Shown here: positions 38,171 to 49,818 of the stretch, piece after piece
Position numbering within the stretch: the stretch's first letter is position 1
Layout of the letters: the number at the start of each line of letters is the position of its first letter
The notes under the pieces: model-generated
What the model was told of the DNA's origin: nothing
Seen by the model: the letters and a program-made list of their open reading frames with translations, nothing else
Database searches by the model: none
Assembly: GCA_964016885.1 (NCBI GenBank)
Contig: OZ024742.1
Span: forward strand, 275,528,001 to 275,592,000
DNA length: 64,000 nt
Direction of reading: 5' to 3'
Source: Eledone cirrhosa
Lineage: Eukaryota
Position numbers and translations under genes: made by a program

Positions 38171-41100
38171 GTAGAAAAGTAACACACGAGTTGACATATA
38201 TATATATAAAAACAAATAGTAGAAAGGAAAAAGTTTTTTTCCCTGTAAAATATGTTGAAGAGGTTTTTTAGTGAAATTTGAAAGCATTAATTTATTTACA
38301 ATGCCGGTTTCAGCATTAAATGCATTATCAATTGCAGATGTGCAGAATATTGTTAAGTTGCATATTGTGTACAAGTAGTGGAGATAATGATAATAACAAA
38401 AGGAGAAAAAAAGAAAATATAAAGAGGAGAACAAAAGTTAATTTTCACATACGTTTTTCTTTCAGAGAAAAGTCATATTTTCAGTCCATCTTTCTCTGCT
38501 AATGGCTTTGTTGTGATTGAAGAAGGTAGAAGCAGGAGGGGAGAGGAAAAGGAAAAGGATGGGAGGAGGTAGGGGAAAGTTGAATAGTGGATATAAGGTT
38601 TGGCTGGGATTGGTTTGAAAGGCTGGCTGACCTTAGATTTGACGGGGGGGGGGGTGCTTGTAAAAGTATTTGCTACAAAGAAGAATTAGAGTGATTGCAA
38701 TATTAATTCCATCACTAGTAGTAATTCTAGATTTAGAATTATTGATATATTCATTCCATCCCTAGCAATACTTTTAGATTTAGGGGAATGGAAGCCACAA
38801 AGAAGATTTAGAGTTATTGAAATATTAATTCCATCCCTAGCAATAATTTTAGATTTAGGGGGATGGAGAAAGTTTTGCTATAATTGTTTCCATTTGTCCG
38901 ATTATCTTCATGGGGGTCCTCCAGGACTTGCAGATGTGGTTGCTTGGTCTGCATTATATAGTTGTTAGAGGTTGCTGGAATCTTGTCTAGGGTGTTGATT
39001 TTTAAGGTGCCAGCTTTGGTTTAGTCCGAAGTGGAAGCATTAGAAGGGGTTTGTATTTGGCGATAAATTGTGATTCCTTGCTAATGCGTTGAATATAGGA
39101 GGCATTGTCTTTGAATTTGTAGATGGGAAAAATTCTAAAATTGGGTTGTTCATTTGCTGCGCAGGTCGCGATGTGTTCACTTAGTGCTATCTTTCTGTAT
39201 TCCTGTATTTTGATTTGGGATCTATGCATGCTCATACGTTGTCGGAGGCTGTTTTTGGTCAGTCCTATATAGTGCTCTCGACAACCTGAGCAGGTCAACA
39301 CATAGATCAGATTTTCTGATGCACATGTGAAATTGCGCTTAACTGTGAAGTGTTGTCCTTGTTTAAAGTGGAACTCTGATCACTCTATTAGATTGGTACA
39401 TATACCACAGTTAGGTCTTCCGCATTCTTTTACTGTAGGGTTCATTGTGGGGGTCGGCTGGAATTTGGCCTGTGTAAGGATGTTTTTTTTTAATTTAGGT
39501 TGCTTTTACTCTTTATGATATTTTGCGTTTGGAGGATTTGGTTAATTCTTAGGTCTCCGCTTAGTAAAGGTATGTTCTGGAGCATGGTGTCGAAAGCCTC
39601 ATTGTTAAGAGGGTTGTGTGTGTAGATGTATGGTAGGATTTTCCGTTTTGATTCATTCCTTTAGGTGTCTAAGTTCCTGGATGTTAAGTTTTAAGGAACG
39701 TTGGAATGCATTGTTGATTAGGGATGGTGGGTAATTCCTGCTAATAAATGTGTTTTTAATTCTTCTAGTCGTATGTAGTATGTGTATTTATCAGATACTA
39801 TTGTGCAGATCTTTTTGGCTAGGTTGTAGGGAATGCTCATTTTGGTGTGTCTGGTGTGGCATGAGTTGAATGGAAGGTACTGTTTGGAGTTTGTGGGTTT
39901 ATAGTATATGTCTGTTGCTATTTTGTTGTTGGTTTTCTTGATAAGGATGTCGAGGAAAAGAAGTTGTTCATGGCTGTATTCCATTGTAAATTGAATGTTT
40001 GTGTTGAGTCCATTTAGTAGTGTTTTGAATTAAAAAAGTCTTTCTATGCTTTCATGCCAGAGGATGAAGCAATTATCCAGATATCTCTTCCGATTTTTTT
40101 TCTCTGTGGAGGTACAAGGGGTTTCCGTATTTATCTAGTGCTTTTCGGTAGAGGGTGATTTCCAAGTAGCCCAAAACGAGGTTGGCGTAAGTGAGGGCCG
40201 CTTTCGTGCCCATGGCAGCCCCGGATTTCTGTCTGTAGAATTTGGCATCGAATTCGAAGTAGTCATTCTCCAAAATAAATTTGAGCCCTTCTATTACGAA
40301 TTCTTTTATGATGCGGTGTTGTTGTTCATTGGGGTAATTTTCTAACCAGAGTTGGATTGCCTCTATTCCTAGGTTGTGTGGGATATTGGAATAAAGGTTG
40401 ACTACATCAAAAGACACTAGTAGGATATGTTCATTATTAAGTGTTTTAGGGGAGGCGGTTGAGCATATCAAGGTCGTGCTTTATGTAGTTTTAATGTGTT
40501 TCAGGAATGGTTTTAACAGGATATTTAGGAAGTTGCTGAGGTGGTGGGTTTCACAGGCTGGACCTGCTATTATGGGACTTAATTTGAGATCGTTGAGTGA
40601 GGGGCCATTGATGAATATGTCTAGCTTCCTTGCATGCCTTACTTATTTCTTGGCTTTTGTGAATCTTAGGGATACTGTAGAAAACACTGTGATATAGTTG
40701 TATTCCTTGTCGGTAAGTCCTTCTCTGTAAAGGGTTGTTAGAGCTTTTAGGTTTCTCATTATTTTCTGTTGGCTGTATTGTTGAGCCTTTTCGTAGTATG
40801 TTTCGTCTTCTAAAGATGAGAGTACTCGGGTTATATAATATTTTGTCTCCATAAGAACTGCTGCACTCCCTTTATCCGCTTCTTTGATTGTTATAGTTTT
40901 ATCATTTTTTCATCTGTTCAGCTCATCCTATTCTTTCTTGTAGAGGTTTGGCTTGTGCTTATGTCTGTGAAGGTGTTGATATTGGTAATTTGTAATGTGT
41001 TCGCAGAATTGACCAAGGAGTTTGTTCTTACCTTTTGATTGGGTGAAGTTGCTTCTGTTTCTAGCTAGTGAATCGCACTCATTGTACTTGTCGTGAAATT

Positions 41101-43059
41101 CCTCGCTAAGTCTTAGTTTTCTACAGAATTCCGTAATATCTTCCTACATTTCGGAGTAGTTTGGCGTTGGGGGGTCGGTGTAAATTTCAGCCCTTTGGAG
41201 AATATGTTGATTTGGTCTGTTGTTAGTTCTTTAGTGGTTAAATTTGTAACTTTTATTACTTTTGGTTTCTCCTGTATGTCTTGTGTCATCTCGTTTCTCT
41301 GTGTCTGTGTAGTGGGTCTAAAAATTGATTAAGGTAGTTGTGATGGTTGTTGATGTTAAGTTGTCTCCTGCGGTTGTGTTGTTCCCTGTTGTTGTTATTG
41401 AAGGTTCAGGTTCGTGGATGTGGGTTGACTAGGCGTCCCTATATGTAGTGTGTGGTTGTGTGTCCCTATATATCATGTGTGGTAGTTGTGATTTAGGAAG
41501 CCCTTCGTTGCTGAATATATTGAGTGGTTTGGGTTTGTTGTGTGTGGAGGTTGGGAGGTTTTAAGAATGGGGTTTCCTTGGTATCTCCTAGTGGGAGAGG
41601 GGCTGTAATGTCCATTTTGGAGGTTTTGTTTTCTTTTTTCTTTGTGTGTTGCAGGGGTGTCCGCGTAGATGCTGTGCATTTGGGATAAGTTTTATGGGTA
41701 AGGTGTTGCCTTCTTTTTTTGGTAGGAGGGAGGTTGTGTTTTTTTGTTGATTGTTGAACAGTGTTTGAGTGGTGTTTAGGTTTTCTTGTTTTTATGAAGG
41801 GGTTTCGGAAGCGTATTCTGTTTGAAATGTTGTTCCATAGTTTAGGAACCAAGTTTCTTTTTTTTTCCCAGCGTTGGAGGGATTTCAGTTCCCCTTGTTG
41901 CAATCTTCTATCCATAGTTTAGAGATATTTTCTAGGTTGGTGCCTTGAGTCTTTTTGTTGATTTCTTTGTTGATCTCTTCGTCGATGCATTTAAATTTAT
42001 CCTCATTTGTCTGAGCTCTCAATTTTAGAAGTTCAATTTCTGTCTTCATTTGTTCCAGTGCCATTCCTTGCCTAAGTCATCTTTGTGTCTCGGGTTCGTC
42101 TGGAATGGGTTTAATCTGTGGTTTGCGGGGAAGGATTAATGGGGATGAATTGAGCCATTTTTCATAAATTTCCGCTTTGTTGTCGTTTTGGATCATCTTC
42201 CAAAAGGAGAATTTTCTGTCTTTGAGTTACGTGTTCCATTGTGGTATTATTTGGTTTTTATTTTGTATGTTGTTAGTGTATCTGTGCCACACGGTTCCTC
42301 GTTTCTTTGAATTAGGTTTGTGTTATTCGTAAAGTGTGTTCTGATCATTTCACATAGGTTGTGGAGTTTATCGCTGATTTCAGAGGGATTGCATTTGGGG
42401 TTGGTTTCTTCATTTGTCGAATCTAATTTGTTAACGAGTACTGGCAGATTAGTGTTTATTTTCTGCAGTTCCTTGAGTATCATTTATGTTAATGATAGTT
42501 GTGTCTGTTTTTGTCGGCATTTTCTGTATTTCGTGTAAGGGTATGATATATCGAATGTAGAAAGGTAACACACGAGTTGATATATATAAAATGATTTCTT
42601 CTAAGAAAAAATACCAAGACAGATATGTTTAGCAGCAACTCCCTCCCCCTGTCAACTATAAGGTCACCCAACCTTTCAAACCAATCCCAGCCAAACCTTG
42701 AATCCACTATTCAACCTTCTCGTACCTCCTCCTCCCCTACTCCTTCTCCTCTCCCCTCCTACTTCTACCCTCTTCAATCACAACAAAGCCATTAGCAGAG
42801 AAAGATGGACTGATAATATAACTTTCCTCTCTGAAAGAAAAACGTATGTAAAAATTAACTTTTCTTCCCCTCTTTATATTTTCTTTCTATCTCCTTTTTG
42901 TTATTAACATTATCTCCACTACTTGTATGCAACTTAACAATATATTGCATATCCGCAATAGATAATGCATTTAATGGTGAAAACGGTATTGTAAATAAAT
43001 TAATGCTTTCAAATTTCACTGAAAATTCTCTTCAACATTTTCTACAGAAAAAAAACTTT
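38171..43059 (-). mobile_element. Near full-length decayed Penelope-like (Neptune-type) element with direct and inverted pseudo-LTR pieces
   Basis: Broken ORF ~42520 to 39002: SFDVVNLYSNIP, AAMGTK, KECGRPNCGIC linker, LIYVLTCSGCREHYIG; 38229-38652 inverted at 42643-43059; 38171-38210 repeated directly at 42557-42592. Confidence 0.92.
38298..38335 (-). ncRNA. Minimal hammerhead, U3-A8 variant, mutated; inverted copy at 42955-42992 (+)
   Basis: Two-copy consensus GCAA-TTGATAA-tGCAT tta ATGCt-GAAA-CCGG-TA-TTGT. Confidence 0.6.
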
Positions 43060-43699
43060 ATATATATATATATATACATATATACGGGATAACAAATTAT
43101 TGTTATATGTAGTCCACTTAGATGTAGTCCAGTTAGGGTACTCCGAGTAGTGGATAGTATTAACGCTTGGCTAAGTTTAACTCAACAAGACGTTTCCATA
43201 GTGATGCTGCGAGTACGCGGTGATTTCTATGTAGTTTACACTTGGAATAATAATAAATCAAGAAAGAAGAGTGACATGGTTTGCTATACAATAAGAGCTT
43301 TATTCACATTGCTGACAATTGTTTCTCTGAATTGGTAGGTCTAGAGATCGCTACCCGCCTGTTTTTGCGTCAATCGATCACCAATACTTTGTTATAACCA
43401 GTCAATTCATCAGAGCATGCGAGAATGAAGGGAATACACAGGCATGGCTTCTATATATAGTAGTAGCATTAAATCAGAACAATAATAACAATACTAACAA
43501 TACTCGAATAATTAAAATAATCACAACATCAATCTAAGTAAGACATAGAGTATACTGATGACTTTAGCATGTAAAACGAGCTGATACGAATCAGATGTAT
43601 AAAATTGACATGTAAAAGTTGTCATGGGGTGTATTATATATAGTGTAGAGATAACCTGGGGCTTGAAACAATAGACCATTTACTTTACTGTAGGTAAAT

Positions 43700-44418
43700 G
43701 TATCTCTTTTCCTCTTTGTCTCCTTCTTTCCCCTGTCTCATCCTACCACTTCCTTCCACCCCCTATTTTCTTCCTCGTCGTCTGCTTTCCCCTTTCGCCT
43801 GCCCCGATGCAGCCCATCGGGCCTTGTAGCATCAGTTCCCCCACCCCTGTTATTTTAAGATAGAATTGGCCGAATACGTTTTACTAACTACTTATAGCAG
43901 ATGTGTTAAAAACCCCTTTAAGTTTGTATCTGTTTTGTAATTTCTATAAGTTTTTTTCTATTCTCAACTTATTAACCTGTAATTGTAAGATAGCATTGTG
44001 ATTTCTTTATTCATTTCTCACTATCTAATTTTATATATATATATTTTTTTTTCTAGTATCTTTTATTGTCTCCTACTCTTTCGATTTACCTATTCTATAA
44101 CCTCCCTCCCCCACTTCATACACTATCCTTAGAATCTTCTGTATACATATCACTTTCAACGCTTGACCGCTCAACTCACTCCCCTATTGTTCTACAGGCA
44201 AGTTCAGCCACCCCTAACTCCCACCAAATACCATGATAGACTTATTTGTGTTTACAACAAATTTTAACCAATCCTCTTGACAACTACAATCTTCCCATAT
44301 AAGGAAGTACCCCCTTGAAAAGTTCGGCTATTTATTCACCAGGCTAAACATTCTAATTTAGTCCAGAAATAGCCGTCGAAACGGCGTGAGCTCTGCCGTC
44401 GGGGTCATACTTTTTCCT
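43700..44418 (+). mobile_element. PLE 3' UTR/terminal segment homologous to 54905-55762
   Basis: Shared blocks GCAGCCCATCGGGCC, TTCTACAGGCAAGTTCAGCCACCCC, CAATCTTCCCATATAAGGAAGTACCCC. Confidence 0.85.
44311..44404 (+). ncRNA. Type I hammerhead ribozyme with extended stem II and stable stem III (U3-A8 core)
   Basis: CCCC-TTGAAAA-g..CGGCTATTT..AAATAGCCG.c-GAAA-CGGC..GCCG-TC-GGGG; predicted cleavage after GUC at 44400. Confidence 0.8.
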
Positions 44419-44564
44419 ATATATATATATAAATATATATATATATCATATATATATATATATATATCATATATATATCATATATATAAATATATCATAT
44501 ATACATATATCATATATATATATATCATATATATACATATATATATCATATATATATATATATA

Positions 44565-47500
44565 CTAGCAGAAGTACCCGGCGTTGCCCGGGTGTAAATC
44601 GACCTTTGCTCTGTTGTTAAAATGTGTGAAAGTTACTTCCCGCGCATCACAGGTGCAAAAACCTTCGAACCTCAAGGAAAAAAAACAGGTTAGTAGATGC
44701 AGGTGTGTAATTGAGCATAAATAATGGATCAATTGTAGGTACACAGTGTATCGTTGAAATTCTTTGCACGACTGACGGAAGTCAAATTCACTTGAAATTG
44801 AATTTTCCGTTGATTTCTAAAGCAGGGTGAAAAAGTCGAATTTTTCACAGCTTTTTTTTTTTTTACAATTTTCGCCCTCACATGTGCAGAAGAAATAAAA
44901 GGGACTTTATCTGAACTACGGCATAATGGCGAGTCTTTTGCGACAGTTTTCAAGAAAATCGGATGTTCCTGTAAAAAGTTTTCCCATGTGCAACTTTGCC
45001 TTGTTTTTTGCGCAAAGTCGAACCCCCGCTTCAGTTTTATTGATTTTTTACATGAATGCGTGACCTATGAAGTAGATTTGAGTAGCTAAAAACCTGTCCC
45101 GGTAAATTTGCTATAGGTGAAAAAAAGTTGATCAAAATAGTGTCTAGGGTTATTGCTCTTTGCAACAGCCTCAACGTGTCTTCAAGTATGGTTTGTTAAT
45201 TTGTTGTGGAACTAAATCGACTTTCGTCAAATCGGACCGAGGAAACAATGTTTCCATTTGTTTTTCTAGCTGGTGTACTCGGTTACACTCGGAGTTATAA
45301 GGCGCTAGATTTAAACGGGCCTGCGCTAAATTCCAGCAGGATGCTTTAACCGAAATAAATGAAGAACAAACGTTTTTTTTTGTGCTCCAATCTGTGATAT
45401 TGGTATTTTGAAAAAATAGTCCACAAACATTCATGGAGCATGTGTAACGCATGTATCAGGTTATGAGAAAAAGGGTTTTCGATTCTCCATTCATAAGATA
45501 CCAAAAAATTGCACGCATATAAAACCGGGATTTTAAGGCACTGCCCAATTCATAGCTGAAAGGTAGGAATCAAGCGGAATAATGTTTTGCGACATTGTCA
45601 AATGTACAACCGTACAAAAGCAAAGGATATAGCCATTGAAATCTAGGTAGACCAAAGAATTTGGTGGAGTTGTATATCAGTGGATTGTTTTCCTTGTGAT
45701 ACAAAGTTAGATTATTGTAGTCGGTGTTGTATCAATAAAAAATAAAAGCATACGGAAGACTGAACACTTGCGAATTAAGTGAAAATCACGTTGATATTCC
45801 TATCGGAGCAACATGTGCCGAAAAACCTGACGGGCTGTTGTGTCAATATTGAAATCGTAGAAATTGCGAATCCCGACCTCTAAGATGTAATGGATAGGCC
45901 TTGGAGGTGAAGAGGAAGAATTGGTACAATTGTTTTGCTGAACATGTTGACCATTAATTTAAATAGACTTACGCAACATCATCGTGTGGTTTTATTCTTT
46001 ATGGCCTAGAATGAGGGCCGGTTAAACGTGGCAGAAAAATAAGCCATGCTGATGATGTTTAAGGGGCGTCGCAGGGAATAGGTGCGGCGTTGTGAGTCAA
46101 TTGTGAGGACAGTGGAAGGCACGCTGATCGCTTGAGAAGACGCGATGCTACACAGGATGCTTCGCGGCCATAATTGACAGAAAGGCATGTCAGGAGAAAT
46201 GAAAGAGTTGCTATTCATCCTTTGCTTAGCATGATTAACATGTAATTAAAAGGATTTACCATGGACTATCGTGCACGTTGGTATTGTGTTTAGCAGGGGT
46301 GGACGGTGACAAGGATGCCGCATGGTGAGCCATGGCAGTCTTGAAAGAGCACTGCGGGCAGGTAAAAGAAAGGGCCGAGGGGGGGATAGCGGCTGACAGA
46401 GCATTGATGCGGCATGGTGATGCATGTCGATGCAGTAGGACGACGGCGTGCAGGGAACGGAGAGGGCAGGGGTTGACGGTGGCAGGGATGCGACTTGGTC
46501 CCTCAAGACTGACATGCCTAGGCAGTGGAAAGGGTAGGGGAGTGGATGGCGGCTGACAGGGCAGGGATGCAACATGATGAGGCATGACGAAAGGGCAGGG
46601 TGCATGGCGGCTGACAGGGCGTGGATGCGGCATACCAATTGAGTTGCACCTCGGGAATGTAGAGAGCACTGGGAGGCACGATGATTGTTTGAGAAAACCG
46701 GGTGCAAGGCAGGAGCACGGCGGGCAGGCAAAAGAAAGGGCTGAGGAGGGGATGGTGGCCGACAGGGCAGTAATGCGGCATGGTGAAGCATGGCGATGCA
46801 GTGGGACGACGGCGTGCAGGGAAGGGAGAGGGCAGGGGTTGACGATGGCAGGGATGCGGCTTGGTCAGGCATGGAAGTCTTGAGCTCTCACGGAGTGTAG
46901 GCAATGGAAATGGGCAGGGGTGGACGGTGGCAGGGATTCGGCATGTTTTGCCGTGGCAGTCATTAGGGACCACGGAGGGCAGGCAATAGAAAGGGCCGGG
47001 GAATGAATTGCGGTTTACAGGGCAGAGATGCGCATGGTGATGCACAACGATGCAGTGGGTCGACGGCGTGCAGGGAAGGGAGAGGGCAGGGTTTGACGGA
47101 TGCCTCATTATGCTACGGTAGTGGGACCACGGGAATGAATAGAGTGCATGGAGGCTCGATGATCGCTTGAGAAGACTAGGCGCAATACAGGATGATACGC
47201 GGTGGTATAGTCTTGATAGTCCTTATATAAGAAATGGAAGAATCGGCATAAAAGGTTTGCTGAATATGGTGAGCGTTAATTTAAAGAGACTTACGGTGGA
47301 TAATCCTGATAGATTGAACGTTTTTTGCATGGTGGGAGTCGCGACAAATGGAAGCAAGAAGAATTGCGTTTTTCGGTTGCTGGATGGTGATGCTCAATGA
47401 AGCTGATAGATAACGGCGTGAGCGAAGGGATGCTTTAAGGCTCTGCATGGAGAATTGGCCCCAGGGTAGAAGATATTGCGCCATTGATAATTAAACTATG

Positions 47501-48061
47501 AATAATTGTCTGCCCTAACTCTTAAAGGTCTCATTTAACGCATGATTTATGAGTTTAAAAAAACTTTCTGAATTTTTACAGCCTTGGAGTAACTCCTAAT
47601 GGATCTATTATTGTGGTAATATCAAATTTCATTGAAATCGGACGAATTCTGAAAATATCGATTTTTGCCTCTGGGGATCCGATTATCGAATATTTGAAAA
47701 TGTCAAGTACCCCACGTTGATCCCCGCATCAAAATACACACCTACGTCAAATTTCATTGGAATCGGACAAATTTCATAAATATCGATTTTTGCCTCTGGT
47801 GATCCAATTATAGATGTAGCCCATGTTCATCCCCGGATCAAAATACACACTTGCGTCGAGTTTCATTGAAATCGGACGAATTTTGGCTTCTGGGGGCCCG
47901 ATTATCAATTTTTCGAAAATTTCAAGTAGCCTATTCCAATCTACAGGTCGAGTTTTATATATGTGTCAAGTTTCATGAAAATCGGATGAACGATGTAGCC
48001 TGCAAGTTCGGGAAACCAAACAAACAAAGAAACAACGCTCAACTTCACTTTATATATTAGA
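44565..48061 (-). mobile_element. Non-autonomous Helitron (~3.5 kb) with internal tandem repeats
   Basis: On minus: A|TCTAATATATAAAG start; ACCCGG-GCAACG-CCGGGT hairpin then CTAG|T; GC-rich repeats at 46300-47110; three AAATTTCATTGAAATCGGAC-type units at 47620-47900. Confidence 0.87.
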
Positions 48062-48075
48062 TATCCTATATATAT

Positions 48076-48151
<76 letters not shown>

Positions 48152-48156
<5 letters not shown>

Positions 48157-48476
48157 TGAAATCGAAAATGCAACTGGAGTTTTTTTTTAAATATATATAT
48201 TTATTTGGTTCCTTTACCGGTTTCGCAGTTCTTCTGTTTTTCAAAAGTAGAGTTGAGATGGAGGGTCTGTGAGAAAAACCACAGACCCTACATCTCAACT
48301 CTACTTTTGAAAAGCAGAAGAACTGCGAAACCGGTAAAGGAACCAAATAAATATATATATTTTTTTTTAAAATAAGACTCCAGTTGCATTTTCGATTTCA
48401 TCTCTTTTTCTTTATACTTTCACTCGTGTAGGACACCTTGGTTATTTTTCAATTTGTAAAAAAACCTCACTTTCTA
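48152..48476 (+). mobile_element. Foldback mini-element C (~120-bp arms, 8-nt loop, ~70-nt tail)
   Basis: 48152-48271 is the reverse complement of 48280-48405; between (GA)n and (TA)n. Confidence 0.88.
48304..48340 (+). ncRNA. Minimal hammerhead, U3-A8 variant
   Basis: CTT-TTGAAAA-GCAG aagaa CTGC-GAAA-CCGG-TA-AAG; stem I only ~3 bp. Confidence 0.65.
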
Positions 48477-49108
48477 ATATATATATATATATATCCCAAT
48501 TATATTAATCTCCTAGATTTAATAATAACCAATTAATTTAATTGGAAAATTCTGTTGATTGGTTTATTATTTGTGTTAGTTTTATAACATCTAGTCGAGA
48601 GCTTATCATGATGATTAGCGGAAATTTAAATATTTCCATTTGCTAACATTTGAATGACCCGCCAAAAACCAGGGGTTATTTCCCTTGCCGGAATTAACAC
48701 GTGATAAATATAGACACGATTAGCAGCCGTGAGAGCAGCAACATATTTTATCACTCCTGATCCTAACCAGAACGAAAACCTGCTGATAAACTGATTCCTC
48801 TGTTCAGTCACCAATACCATGAACTTGCCACTAAAGTAAGTCTGATATTTGATTTCGGAGTCAGAGAAACATTTCAAACGCTCGTCTGATTTGTCCAGGT
48901 CTATTTTTCTCAACCTGATTAGTTTCTTCGTTACATTGGTATGTATTGTGTGTTAGTTTAGCCTACCACAATGTCCGATTTGTCAAGCTATTTAAACGTA
49001 TGTTATAACTCTGAGACCTATCTTATCGAGTGCTTCGCTAACCCATCACTTCATATAAGTAGGCCGAATTACTTGCAAACCGCCAGAGATTCGATTTTAC
49101 TGATTCCC

Positions 49109-49174
<66 letters not shown>

Positions 49175-49184
49175 TATATATATA

Positions 49185-49628
49185 TATTAATAAAAGGAAT
49201 TCCAACTTTGTCTGATTTACTCGTTTTATTTACAATCCTTTAAAATTTATAATGGTATTAGAATGAAATAGTATGGTAGAATATTAAATGTTAAGTGTTA
49301 ATTGAACAAGTACTTTCATGCTTTCGCAATCTTCAGGTTCATATTGTGTGGTGCCAGTCAAGTTTGCAATTTTCAACAATTTTCAATTTTCAACAGTTGA
49401 AAATTGTAAACTTGACTGTCACCACATAATATGAACCTGAAGATTGCGAAAGCCTGAAAGTACTTGTTCAATTAACACGTTCAATTAACACCTAACATAA
49501 TATTCTACCATACTATTTCATTCTAATACCATTATAAATTTTAAAGGATTGTAAATAAAACGAGTAAATCAGGGAAAGTTGGAATTCCTTTTATTAATAT
49601 AATCTTCTATACACAATCATACACACCC

Positions 49629-49633
<5 letters not shown>
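49185..49633 (+). mobile_element. Foldback mini-element D (~195-bp arms, ~17-nt loop, ~32-nt tail) in (TA)n
   Basis: 49185-49378 is the reverse complement of 49396-49601. Confidence 0.9.
49432..49470 (+). ncRNA. Minimal type I hammerhead
   Basis: TGAAC-CTGAAGA-tTGC gaaa GC(A/C)t-GAAA-GTAC-TT-GTTCA; the left arm keeps the fully paired stem II. Confidence 0.75.
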
Positions 49634-49712
<79 letters not shown>

Positions 49713-49751
49713 TATATATATATCATATATATATATCATATATATATATAT

Positions 49752-49816
<65 letters not shown>

Positions 49817-49818
<2 letters not shown>

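Noticed and set aside
48626-48913. 95-aa minus-strand ORF; similar unassigned frames at 32396-32599 and ~29430-29580
   Set aside because: No recognisable motif or clear splice structure; lengths are compatible with chance.
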